Made by a program: the position numbers and the translations under genes | Notes under the pieces: model-generated | What the model was told of the DNA's origin: nothing | The model's input: only the letters and a program-made list of their open reading frames with translations | The model's database searches: none | Shown here: positions 49,600-61,792 of the stretch, piece by piece | Position numbering within the stretch: the first letter of the stretch is position 1 | How the letters are laid out: each line of letters opens with the position of its first letter | From: Octopus sinensis | Lineage: Eukaryota | NCBI RefSeq assembly: GCF_006345805.1 | Contig: NC_043006.1 | Span: forward strand, 17,918,001 to 17,982,000 | DNA: 64,000 bases | Direction: 5' to 3'

Positions 49600-50115
49600 G
49601 AACTTATTGTATACAGTGCTCGGGTGCACTACAACTCATTAGAAAAAGTAACCAAAACTGCATGAAGAGTTCATAGAATATGCACAGGAAGTGAACAAAA
49701 GTCTTAAACAAAAAAGGAAGAAGAAATAGAGGTGTGGGGTATCAGGTGTACTGTTGGTGAATTTCAGGAAGCATGGAAGTTTTGAAGAATATAAAGTCTC
49801 AACAGTTAACTGATGCAGTTAGTTTATTCCATGCTTCAGTAATTCTGAGCATAAAAAAATGTTTCCAAACGTCATGGGTGTTGTGTTGTTTTTTGAATTT
49901 GTAAGCATGCCCATGAATATTAGATGTATGGAATTCAAAAAGGTGCCTGTAGTTGTTGTTGGAAAGATGATGGATAATCTTGTGGGTGCCGACAAGCTCA
50001 GTTGCCAGACATCAGAGCTTTAATGTGTCCTTGCCCAAGAAAGCAAGACATTCAAAGTATGATAGATATTTGACGGTGATGCAAATTCTGTGTGGACATA
50101 CCATAGTCGTGTACA
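49600..50115 (-). mobile_element. Decayed CR1-type LINE 3' fragment (different family)
   Basis: Minus-strand translation YLSYFECLAFLGKDTLKL*..THKIIHH..HGHAYKFKKQH..WKHFFMLRITEAWNKL, a typical CR1 ORF2 C-terminus. Confidence 0.72.
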
Positions 50116-50118
50116 ACT

Positions 50119-50347
50119 TTAACCCTTTAGCATTTAAACCGGCCATATCCGGCCAAAAGTATTCTGCTTGTTTTATGTTCAAACTGGCCAGATCTGGTCT
50201 CTCACACCAGCCCTTCAATATCATTTAAAAAATTAACAGATACCTCATCAGAATCTCATAACTACAAGATAATGCATGATTAGTTCAAAACAATTTGGAT
50301 GAAAAAGGATTAATTTTGGCAGAATAATGCAAACACTAAAGGGTTAA
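50119..50347 (+). mobile_element. piggyBac-type MITE family B
   Basis: TTAA|CCCTTTAGCATT ... CACTAAAGGG|TTAA. Confidence 0.82.
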
Positions 50348-50858
50348 ATAGATAGCTGGAGAGCAGCTGACAAAGGTTTTACTGGGTGATGCTAAGACAC
50401 CCTCGGCCTTCTTGACAGTCTTAGAGATGTGATTTGTCCAACACAGATCACTGTTATATGTCATCATAATTCACATTATGATGAGTATGATGTTGTGAGT
50501 ACATTCTCACGAAGTAGTGTCATGTCTTGTGTTATGGTATCGTTCTATAGGTCTAGGCTGTCATGTCACCAACCACAGGTTGCTTTTCAGCTCTTTGTTC
50601 ATAATGTCTGCATATCATTCTGCCAGTTGTTATTTCAATTGATAAATGTTTAAGAATTCTGTGGAAGAACTGTCTAAGAAAGAAATCATTGAATAATATA
50701 AAAGAAAGTTTCTGGCTTGAATATTCAAAAGCTGTACTTGATAGCCAGAAGTCATATTGAATTTTTCTTGAAGAATATCACAACCTTTGCTCTCCACTAT
50801 TTTTATATATCCATAAGTTTCATTTCTGTTCTTTTCTTTTTCTTTTTTTTTTTTGCAG

Positions 50859-50976
50859 CTTGTACCAATCCTGATATGGAATGCTCCTATGGTGCCTGGG
50901 TTGCTCCTGCTCTCATGTGTGTATATTTGCTCGTAGCTAACATTTTGTTAGTTAACCTACTTATTGCAAGATTCAA
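50859..50976 (+). CDS. TRPM3-like: TRPM channel exon (outer pore loop, S6)
   Basis: Long poly-T tract plus GCAG acceptor; joins the previous exon as C+CT=Pro; PCTNPDMECSYGAWVAPALMCVYLLVANILLVNLLIARF; AA|GTAAGT donor; phase 1/2. Confidence 0.97.
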
Positions 50977-51743
50977 GTAAGTTTATTTTAATTCCTTATG
51001 ATAACATATCTGTTATAAACTACACAATCTTCAAACTCTAGAGTGAAAATTGGTTTTAACCTATTACTACAAGATTTGTGCAAGATCTTTTTAATTGATA
51101 AAGAAGTCAGTTTAGTAAAGAAGGAAATTACCAGAATTGATGGTCCCAGTGTTTTCTTCATGGAACCATTTTCAGTTGAAGTTATTCTACCACTTAGAAT
51201 CAAATCATTACATGGAATTTCTAATTCTGGTTGTTGTGGTTGCTATTGATTGTTTATTGGGCCTCCAAGACTTGTGGGAGGGAGGGGGTATCCTCAAACC
51301 AGGAACCTGGTCTACATGCTTGCAACAAAATGGTATCTGTTAAAGGCACACAAGCTGCTAGGTGGTGGTGTTTAATTGGGTGGAACTCAGAATGCAAGGA
51401 GCCAGGACAAATACAACAAAGTATCTGGTCTGATATTCTTACAGTTCCACTACTCCACCATCTTAGATTGATACTTCATTCTTCATCTGCCCAGAAAGGA
51501 TAAAAGCAGAGTTGACCGCAGTTGAATTTGAACTCAGAGTACTGAGAGTTGGAACAACTGCCATGAAGCACTCTGTTCAATGTGCTAATGATTGTGCTAA
51601 TTCACTACTATATGATAAAAATATATTCTTCTCATTCAAAAGAAAAAAAAATATATTTATCTTGGCTTTAGAAATTTTGCAAATTTGCCTTCTGGTAAAA
51701 AAATCTCCTCTAAATTTCTGTTTTTATGTTCTTGCATTTCTGT

Positions 51744-51970
51744 TTAACCCTTTTGTTACTGTATTTATTTTAAGATGCTTTGTGCTTCTTTCAATTACTA
51801 TAAATATAACAAAGAATTTCGTAAAATGACTTGGTTACCATTCAGCTAGTATTAGGAACATAAATTGTGACTAAGGTTTGATGAAAGATTTTAATTCAAA
51901 ACTTTTGAAAACAAGACATTTGTACTCAGCGCCAGAGCCGTTTTAGCCGGGTTGGTAACAAAAGGGTTAA
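51744..51970 (+). mobile_element. piggyBac-type MITE family A
   Basis: TTAACCCTTTTGTTAC ... GTAACAAAAGGGTTAA. Confidence 0.85.
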
Positions 51971-52232
51971 AAATAATTTTATGAATTCTTTATCACTCAA
52001 TCCAATTGTAGTTTGCAAATGGTAAATTTTTTTCTTGCATCTGTCAGTTGAGGAATTGTTTCTTTACTATCAATTAAAAATTTCTCTTTCGCACACACAT
52101 TTCTTTCATTGCAGCTCATTAAAGTAGATCTATATAAATGATCTTCTATTGAGTTTTATTTATCCTTTAACTTGTATATTTCTATATTCCATATTTCTGA
52201 TTTCAGTGTTATAGCCACACTTAAAACATGTT

Positions 52233-52737
52233 TTAATTCTTTTGTTACCAAAATTTCAATTGAAATATATTGTCCTATATTTCAATAAATTTCGAAAATA
52301 TGAAGAGTTTAGTAAAATAACTTTGTCCCTATTAAATTAGTGTTCTGAACATAAACATGAAATTTTGTTACAAGGTTTTTAATTTAGATCTGGGGTTCTC
52401 GACCACTTTTTACCTTTGGACTCCTTTGATCGCTATTTTTTTCTGGTGGACCCCCACAGCCATTCAATGTTCAAAGATACTTCTTTCAAAATTCCTATTT
52501 TGTTTTTCACACATTGCCTTGTGCAGGTTGAACAATGAGAAGAAAATCTAAGCTGTTTCTTGCAGTACATACTAATATATACATCCAAAGCAAAATTTTC
52601 TTAGGGGCCCTTAAAATACAATTTGTCATGTGGACCTCAAAGATCTTATATATACTCCAGTTGAGAACCACTTATTTAGATCACTTTAAAAAGGGAAGTA
52701 GGGGCCGTCTCAGACAGATTGGTATCAAAAGGGTTAA
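52233..52737 (+). mobile_element. Family C MITE with nested hAT MITE
   Basis: C termini at both ends; body resumes at CACTTTAAAA after the insert. Confidence 0.75.
52390..52673. mobile_element. hAT-type MITE (284 bp)
   Basis: Termini CTGGGGTTCTCGACC / AGTTGAGAACCACTT (CAGNGGTTCTCAACC type) and exact 8 bp TSD ATTTAGAT at 52382-52389 and 52674-52681. Confidence 0.82.
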
Positions 52738-52844
52738 TTAAAATTGTTCATTTGTTAATTTTCTGAATTATTGTTTTTTACAATTTGAAAAAAAAAAAAA
52801 TCATATTTAACAGAATTTCTTTTTTTCTTTTTTCAATTTTTCAG

Positions 52845-53035
52845 TGCAACATTCATTCGCAATAATGCTAATTCCAGAGAAATTTGGAAATTCCAACGAT
52901 ATCAGCTCATTATTGTATATGAGCTACGACCCCTTTTACCTCCACCTCTCATCTTACTCAGCCATTTATTCCTTACTTTAAAGTTTATCAAACGAAGGTG
53001 TCAGGGAAAACGAGATTATTTTGATAATGGCCTAA
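52845..53035 (+). CDS. TRPM3-like: TRPM channel exon (TRP box / TRP domain)
   Basis: TTTCAG acceptor; NATFIRNNANSREIWKFQRYQLIIVYELRPLLPPPLILLSHLFLTLKFIKRRCQGKRDYFDNGL; WKFQR and LPPP TRP-box motifs; A|GTAAGT donor; phase 2/1. Confidence 0.97.
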
Positions 53036-53124
53036 GTAAGTATAATTACCAAACTATATCAAACCTTTCAAATAAGCTATGCTTATGTTTCTGTTTCTCT
53101 CATTGAACCTTACTCATTAATAGT

Positions 53125-53307
53125 TTTGCCTTATTGCATTCGGATTACTCTATCAAATATTATGCTTAGTATTTCTCATTGTTTTGAATTAATCATGCAT
53201 TGTCTTATAACTTCGATTTTTCAATGATGTGATTGTTTATTTTTAGAAAGATATTGAGGGTAGCTGTGAGAGGCTGGATATGGCTGGGTTGAATATTAAA
53301 GGGTTAA
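53125..53307 (-). mobile_element. Family B MITE, degenerate
   Basis: GCATTCGGATTACTCT ... ATTAAAGGGTTAA. Confidence 0.62.
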
Positions 53308-54810
53308 ATATCAATCATATTCAGTTTTTCCATTAAAAATTATCAATTAATCTTATAGATTCTTAATTTGTGATTATCTGTAAAATGATGAGACAGAGTT
53401 TTGCTATGATGTCAAATAAGAGTTTTCAGTTTAGTGTTTGGAGCTGGACAAAAGCAGGAACATTTTTTTTGTTTTTGCACAGTTGCTGGAATAACTTGAA
53501 GAATATATAACAGCAGAATATAATCATATTTACTTAGTTTTAGTTCCATTGCTAAAATATATTTTGATTCTTATGATAACTTTCCACAGTGAAGGTGGTT
53601 AATGTATAATAAACCATCTTAGATTAATACTTTGTTTTTTCATCTGCCCTGAAAGGATAAATGGCAACGTGAACCTCGGTTGAATTTGAACTCAGAGTAC
53701 AGTGAGTTGGAACAACTGCCATGAAGCAGTCTGTTTGATGCTTTAATGATTATGCCAGTTCACCACTATGTCATAAAAATATTTTTTTCTGTACAAAGAA
53801 AAAGAAAATCTATTTTGGCCCTTTTATACATCAGCAATGCTTTAACATCCACTTTTCCATGTGGTAAATTTTCTATGGCCAAGAATCTCTTTGCAGAATA
53901 TTGAAAATGAATGACACTGCTTATATAACAGTGACAATCATTTACAATTATCACATGATGCCAAGAGAGAGAGAGAGACACACACACACAAACATACACA
54001 CACAAAGAAGCTCATCAAGTATATGTGTGTGTGTTATACACTTACATACACACACATTTACATACTTATATACAAGATGAATTGATTTCAGTTTCCATTT
54101 ACCAAATTCACTCACAAGACTTTGGTTAGGCTGGGATTATAGTAGAAGACACTTGCTCATGGTGCCATGCAGTGGGACTGAACCCAAAGCCATGTAGTTA
54201 GGAAGCAAACTTCCTAACCACACAGCTGTACATTACCAATAATTTAATCAACTTTACAGCAAATGTCTTTCCATTAAGTCACCTTTCACTACCTTAACCT
54301 TGGTCAGGTTTATTGAAAATAGGGAGCACTTTATGTTCACAGCTGAGCTGATAGCATTAGAAGACAATCCATTTGCTCTGTTAATGCCAGTAGTTCTTCA
54401 CCAAAATTTAATGTGTGTCATCATGGAAATGTTTCTTTGCTTAAAACCATTTTAGTTAAGAGGAAAATAAATGCTTTCAAATGATTTGCTGTCGTCAAGA
54501 ATAAATAACTGCAGTGTGATTGTTATGTTTTGGAATTAGATATCGCATGGCTATTCTTAGTATACTCTTGAACAAGTGTTTAAGAATTATATCATTTTTA
54601 GCTTAAGGGAAATGTACCAAACTAATTATTCTCTTAGAATTTCAAATGTGCATTCAATATTGTTTACTTTTAGCTTATATTTGCTTATTTTGCTCAGATT
54701 TCAGTTAATTTTTTGTCCACGTAATCTTTTCTTTTCCCATTTTCCTTTTTTTTTCTTTTGTTACAAGTAACAGGTGAAGATGCATAGTCTCATGTTTAAG
54801 GTATTGCACT

Positions 54811-55515
54811 GTGAAGGCACATAGCTTAGTGGTTAGGGTATTCAGCTCATTGTCATAAAGCCATGAGTTCGATTCCTACTGGTGCATTGTATCCTTGAGC
54901 AAAACACTTTATTTCTTGTTGCTCCAGTCCATTCAGCTTGCAAAAATGAGTAGTACCTGTATTTCAAAGGGCCAACCTTGCCACATTCTGTGCCACACTG
55001 GTTTTCCAAGAACTATGATAAAAGCATGCGTATCTGTAGAGTGCTCAGTCACTAACATGTTTACTAAATATAGGCACAGGAGTGGCTGTGTGATAAGTAG
55101 CTTGCTTACCAACCACATGGTTCCGGGTTCAGTCCCACTGCGTGGCACCTTGGGCAAATGTCTTCTACTATATAGTCTAGGGCCGACCAAAGCCTTGTGA
55201 GTGGATTTGGTAGACGGAAACTGAAAGAAGCCCGTCATATATATGTATACATAAGTATATGTTTGTCCTCCCAACATCACTTGACAACCAATACTGGTGT
55301 GTTTACGTCCCCGTAACTTAGCGGTTCGGCAAAAAGAGACCGATAGATTAAGTACTAGGCTTAAAAGGAATAAGTCCTGGGGTCGATATGTTCGACTAAA
55401 GGCGGTGCTCCAGCATGGCCACAGTTAAATGACTGAAACAAGTAAAAGAAAGAAAAAAAAAAGCAGGCTGTTCCATTGAGCAGAACAACTGGAATCCATG
55501 TTGCCATAACAGGGT
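54811..55515 (+). mobile_element. tRNA-headed SINE interrupted by a family 1 SINE (55072-55449)
   Basis: Host body resumes at GCAGGCTGTTCCATTG after the insert, as in 13985-14310 and 30689-30975. Confidence 0.75.
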
Positions 55516-55811
55516 CCCAGTTAATTGAAGGTATTGCATTCAAGATCATAAGATCATGGTTTTGATTCCCAAACTGAGTGATGTGTTATATTATTGGGCA
55601 AAACACTTCATTTCATGTTACTTCAGTTATCTTAGCTGTAGATGAGTTCCAACAACAGCTGGGAAGCTAACCCTGTGACAAACCACTATCCTGTTCAGGA
55701 ATACTGTTGTTATAATCTCAGTCACTTATACACCATCAAAACTGAGTTAATCTCCGGCCTCGTGTCCTAGGGCCCATTGCAAATCTAACAACTAACTTGC
55801 TTTATAAAGAA

Positions 55812-56328
55812 CTAGCAGTATCGCCCGGCGTTGCTTGGGTTTGTAAGGGAAATAACTATATAAGCATTTTTAGAGAGTTACTTCCTTTATAGATGCCAAT
55901 TCAGGCTTTCTTAGCCATTTCTGTTTTGGTGTCTTCAAGCCATGAAGTCGTTGTTCTAAAAGAACGCTGGTCTCCTTGACAACGCTTTACGACGTTGATT
56001 TCCTTAAACTCCCTTCCCCACAGCTTCACGAGGGAGGGAAGAAGGGGGAGAAGCAAACACAGGTGCAGGTGTTTGAGCGTGGACGCCAACTCCGCCGCCA
56101 TCGACACACGAAAAATTATGCATTAAAATGGAATAAAAAATGATGTTAAATTATTTTTAAAATCGTAGACTCATCGTAGACGCGCGCTAATAGCCAGACG
56201 GGCTTGATATTAATCACGACTATAAGATACCCGAATTTGGTTAAACTGCACCGCAAAATGTGGGAGGAGTTAGGAATCTAAATTGTAGGAGACAGACACT
56301 CACACAACTACAGTTTTATATATATAGA
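55812..56328 (-). mobile_element. Non-autonomous Helitron-type element with extra ~217 bp internal segment
   Basis: Same termini as 49209-49587; GC-richer block at 55892-56108 absent from that copy. Confidence 0.78.
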
Positions 56329-57016
56329 TTATCTTACTCTATCCTTGCTACCCTTTTAACTATCTTTAAAATAGTTGTATACAGAAAATATTGCTTGGTA
56401 TAATGATATGAGTTTAGTCACATTGTTATGAAAAGATTTTCATTTTAGTATTTGGAGGTAGACAAAAGCAGAAACATAATTTTTTGGTCATTGCTGGCAC
56501 AATTTGATAATAATATTTACTAACCAATTTATATATAGTTTAATAATCTTTCACCAAAAGTGTTTTGTGATGTTCTTTTTCTTTTTTTTTTCCTTAGAAA
56601 TTCACCTTTAAATAAAATGAAGAAATCTATTTTATAGACATTAAACTCAAGTAATACAAAGTATAAGAAATTTATTATTGTTTTAATAACATTTCTCATA
56701 TTTTGTACAACCTTCCAATAGTTGCACCGTTTCAATACAGTTATGTTTACAAACAAACAAACAAAAGTACATGGAGAATAACTCTTTTCTCTTTGGACTT
56801 GTAATTTCATTTGGTATTTAAATAATAAAAGCACATACAAATGCTTTAATAGTACTTTGTGATTCTGCAGCCCCACCCCACCTTTTTTTTTTCATACTTT
56901 TCTATATTTACAATTATCATTTGATAGGTCATTTTACAAGTTTACAAAATCTGTTGGTTTTGTTTTTTTTTTTTAGAGAGAGAGAAAGAAAGGTGGGATA
57001 GTAAATTATATCTAAG

Positions 57017-57355
57017 ATGTGTGACCTAGCAGTTGAGCAACTGGGTTCTTGATCATAAGGTCATGGATTCAATTTCCAGTCCAGTAAATGCATTGTGTCC
57101 TTGGGCAAAGCACTTTACTTCACATTGATCTGATGGTTAGGCATTAATCTGTTGCATAGTGTTCTTGATCAAAACACTCCATTCCTCATTGTTTCATTCC
57201 CACTCAACTACAAATGAGTTCCAGCAATGGAAGGGAAGTTAACCCTGTGATGGACTAGCATCCTGTTCAGGAGAGAACGTTGTAATCTAAGTTATTTATA
57301 TGCCATGGAAACTTTGGTACGCTCTGGCCTTGAGTCCTAAGGCTCATGACAATCC
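57017..57355 (+). mobile_element. tRNA-headed SINE with GGGAAGTTAACCCTGTGATGGACTAGCATCC body
   Basis: Related copies at ~18385-18670 (-), ~55540-55790 (+) and the interrupted host 19942-21565. Confidence 0.65.
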
Positions 57356-58586
57356 AACCAGCTGGCAAAAAATGGTTATTAAAATAGAGCAACCGATTAG
57401 CATCAAATTATTGTGGCAGCATTGGCAAGCCAGAAGTACAACGAAAAACATTCAGGGATGAAAATAAATACATATTCTATCATAAAATATATTCAGTATT
57501 TGAGCTTGACAGCCGTGTGTTGTATAAGAACACAGCATCAACATCTCTGGCCTAGAAGACCAATATGATAAATGCTAAAAAATGAAATAAATATTATTAA
57601 CGATATTTTGCTATAGGAAGGCAGCGAGCTGGCAGAGTTGCAAGCATGCTTGACAAAATGCCTTGGCTGCATTACATCCATCTTTATGTCCTTAGTTGAA
57701 ATTCTGCCAAGGTCATCCATGCCTTTCATCTTCCCAGGGTCAATAAAATAAGCACTTGTTGAGAACTGAAGTCAATGTAATCAACTTACCTCCTCTTCCG
57801 AAATTGCTGGCTTTGTGCCAAAATTTGAAATCAATATTTTGCTACATACGATATAATTGTCTGAAATATTTTCTTTTGAAATTTTCTCCTGATATACAGT
57901 TTTTCACAGTTAACTACTCAATTATGATAATGAAGAAGTAATTAGTTGTTGGTAAAAAAAAAAAGAGAACCGATATAAACGTTTTTGTAATTTAGATAAA
58001 AGTACTTTTAATTACCTATTTTTAATGTTGATTGCAGCTATATGTAAATATGTGTATATGTGTGTGTTCACTTCAGTTAGTCTATATAAAAGTAACCACC
58101 CCAAGTGAAACTCTCAGCCACTGAGTTACTATGTAATGCTTGCCTATGAAACAGAAATACGTGCGTGTGTGTGTTAGTATATATGTTCATGTGTGTGTGG
58201 GTGTGTGTAGAGAGAGAGAATTTATAAGCATCAAAGAATAATCTATGGCAATTAAAAGCTTTTTTGCTTTTTACTTTTTTCCCCACCGTCTCACCATATA
58301 TCATCATCATCATCATCGTCGTTTAACGTCCGTTCTCCATGCTAGCATGGGTTGGACAGTTCGACTGGGGTTCTGGGAAGCCAGAAGGCTGCACCAGGCT
58401 CCAGTCTAATTTGGCAATGTTTCTACAGCTGGATGCCCTTCCTAACGCCAACCACTCCGTGAGTGTAGTGGGTGCTTTTTACGTGCCACCTGCACAGGTG
58501 CCAGGCGGGGCTGGCAACGGCCACGGTCAGATTGGCGTATTTTATGTGCCACCGGCACGGAAGCCAGTCGAGGCGGTGCTGGCATC

Positions 58587-59050
58587 GGCCACGAGTCGGA
58601 TAGTGCTTTTTACGTACCACCAGACCAGGGATCCTGGCTGGTTCAATTCGATTTCGATTTCGCTTGCCCCAACATGTCTTCACAAGCAAAGGGGGTTGGC
58701 AAGGGTGCCTGTCGTACGGTCGCATTGGAGTATTTTACGTGCCACGGCCACGAGTCGGATAGTGCTTTTTACGTACCACCAGACCAGGGATCCTGGCTGG
58801 TTCAATTCGATTTCGATTTCGCTTGCCCCAACATGTCTTCACAAGCAAAGGGGGTTGGCATGGGTGCCTGTCGTACGGTCGCATTGGAGTATTTTACGTG
58901 CCACGGCCACGAGTCGGATAGTGCTTTTTACGTACCACCAGGCCAGGGATCCTGGCTGGTTCAATTCGGTTTCGATTTCGATTTCGATTTCGCTTGCCCC
59001 AACATGTCTTCGCAAGCATGGGGGGTTGGCATGGGTGTCTGTCGTCGGAT
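58587..59050. repeat. 159 bp tandem repeat (about 3 units) inside the RTE 3'UTR
   Basis: GGCCACGAGTCGGATAGTG at 58587, 58746, 58905. Confidence 0.9.
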
Positions 59051-59128
59051 GAGGTTCTATATCGACTTCGCTTGCCTCAACCGGTCTTTGTGTCCAAGGG
59101 AGGAAAGGCATTCATAAGTGGGCTGGGC

Positions 59129-61416
59129 TCACTTGTCCTGCCTGGTCTTCTCACGTACAGAATATTTCCAAAGGTCTCGGTCTCTGGTCATTTCCTCAGT
59201 GAGGCCTAAAGTTCGAAGGTCGTGCTTCACCACCTCGTCCCAGGTTTTCCTGGGTCTACCTCTTCCACGGGTTCCCTCAACTGCTAGGGATTGGCACTTT
59301 CTCACACACCTATCTTCATCCATTCTCGCCACATGACCATACCAGCGCAATCGTCTCTCTTGCACACCACAACTGATGCTTCTTAGGTACAACATTTCTC
59401 TCAAGGTGCTAACGCTCTGTCGAGTATGTACACTGACATTACACATCCATCGGAGCATACTGGCTTCATTCCTCACGAGCTTACGCATGTCCTCAGCAGT
59501 CACGGCCCATGTTTCGCTGCCATGTAGCATGGCTGTTCGTACACACGCATCATACAGTCTGCCTTTTACTCTGAGCGAGAGGCCTTTAGTCACCAGCAGA
59601 GGTAAGAGCTCCCTAAACTTTGCCCAGGCTATTCTTATTCTAGCAGTTACACTTTCAGCGCACCCACCCCCACTACTGACTTGGTCACCTAGATAACGGA
59701 AGCTATCAACTACTTCTAGTTTTTCCCCCTGGAAAGTGACGGAAGTTGTTTTCTGCAGATTTTCGGAGGTTAATGCTCCCGAGCATCTGCCACATACAAA
59801 AACTATCTTCCCAGTTAGCCTACCTTTGACATTGCTGCACCTCTTATGTGTCCATAGCTTACACTGGGTACATCTTATAGAGTTTCTACCTACACCTTTT
59901 CTACAGATCGAGCAGGGCCATCTTCCTGAAGATATTTGTGGATTGTCTACCTTTCTACTTATTAGTACTTTGGTTTTAGCTAGGTTGACTCTAAGGCCCC
60001 TTGATTCTAAACCCTCCTTCCACACCTGGAACTTCTCCTCTAGTTCTGATAGTGACTCAGCAATAAGAGCAAGGTCGTCAGCATAGAGGAGCTCCCAGGG
60101 GCAACCTGTCTTGAATTCCTCCACAATTGCCTGGAGTACTATGATAAATAGGAGGGGGCTGAGTACTGAACCCTGGTGGACCCCAACCTCTACTTTGAAT
60201 TCTTCTGTGTACATGTTGCCAACCCTAACCTTACTTACGGCATCTCTGTACATGGCTTGCACAGTCCTCACCAGCCATTCATCTATCCCTAGTTTCCTCA
60301 TTGACCACCAGATAAGGGATCGGAGGACCCTATCAAAAGCTTTCTCCATGTCAACGAAAGCCAGGTACAGGGGCTTATCTTTGGCTAGGTATTTCTCCTG
60401 CAGCTGCCTTACCAGGAATATAGCATCAGTGGTACTTTTCCCTGGCACGAACCCAAACTGCATCTCATCTAAACTAACTCTCTCTCTAATTAGTTGGGCT
60501 ATGACCCTCTCCGTAACCTTCATTACTTGATCCAACAGCTTGATACCTCTGTAATTATTTGTATCTAGGGCATCACCTTTACCTTTGTAGCAGTTGACTA
60601 GTATGCTGCTGCACCAGTCATTGGGTATGACTCCTTCGTGTTTCACCTGGTTGACTATACGGGTGACTAGGTTATAGCCGACACTGCCAGATATTTTGAG
60701 CATCTCTGCAGTAATTCCTGATGGGCCTGGGGCTTTCCCTGTCTTCATGCTTCTAATTGCCTTAGCTACCACGGAACTATCAACTCGGATAGCTGGTCCC
60801 TCTGTAGGGTCAACATTCGGCAGACTCTCTTTATCCCATTCATTTTCCTCATTCAGTAACCTTTCATAGTGGCGTCTCCAAGCTTCTCTCTTTGCATCCT
60901 CATTTAGCGCAAGTGAACCATCCTCCATGCGAACACATTTCTCTCCTACCACATCACGATTCTCTCTCACACACTGTCTTGCAACACGAAATACCTCAAG
61001 TCTTTCATCCTCACGGCGCAGGACATTGGCAAATTTTCTCTTATCTGCTTCCCCTCTGGCTAGATAGACCTGTCTCCTAGCTTCCCTTCTGGCAGTCTGA
61101 TACCCTTCCCTGCTACCACCGTTCTTCCAGGCCTTCCAAGCCTGTTTCTTTTGTCTAATAGCCCTGTCAACAATATTGTTCCACCACCACGTTATTTTGG
61201 GTCTTAAGGGGACTTTGCACCAGCCACAGATCTGGTCAGCGGCTTTCAGCAGGTTGTCCCTCAGAAACGTCCAGTTGTCTTCTACCCCATGTGTAGCTAT
61301 ACCCCCTTCCACTTCGTTAAAGGCTTCAAGTAACATATCTCTAAATCTCTGTCCATTCGCAGGGGCTTTAAGCTTCCAGACCCTTCTTCTCCATGTTGGT
61401 CGTCTTCTAGTCGCCC
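59129..61416 (-). CDS. RTE reverse transcriptase ORF (partial) with embedded C4HC3 zinc finger
   Basis: ORF track 59129..61435; first residues of that ORF come from the flanking microsatellite. Confidence 0.9.
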
Positions 61417-61792
61417 TATATATATATACACACACACATATATATATCAGTTGATAAATTGGAAACTAGGAAATCTTCACGATATTCCAAAATACTTGCT
61501 TCATCAATTGACCATCCTCAACTCTCCCCCTCCATTACATAAAACTGTTCTAATAAATATCCAGGTTTGTTTGTTTGGAAAGAAAATAAGTATAAATTTT
61601 TAAAATGTCCAACTCAAAATTATCAACTAATTAAAAAAAATTGATAATTATTAAAAGAAAGATTTCAAAGAAAACATTTTGTATTACAATAAATTGTAAA
61701 GTATTTTATGTGTATATTTGTTTTAATATATTGTGTTTCTAAACCTGAAAGAAAATTACTACTTTTTTCTTTTTTGTGTATTTATTATACAG

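Larger units (their letters stand above)
58302..61416 (-). mobile_element. RTE-clade LINE, 5'-truncated (endonuclease missing), with ~830 nt 3'UTR and (GAT)n tail
   Basis: Stop-free ORF 59129-61416 with RT motifs YKGKGD..NYRGIKLL, QFGF.PGKST.DAIF, FVDMEKAFDRV, GVHQGSVLSPLLF, YADDL and RTE-type C-terminus RLRWYGHV.RM...GRPRKTW; tail (CAT)n on + at 58302; 5' end abuts (TA)n. Confidence 0.93.

Noticed and set aside
58339-59111. 237 aa and 147 aa plus-strand ORFs and the LQLDALPNANHS peptide seen at many loci
   Set aside because: Antisense reading of the RTE 3'UTR and its 159 bp repeat; no protein-family motif
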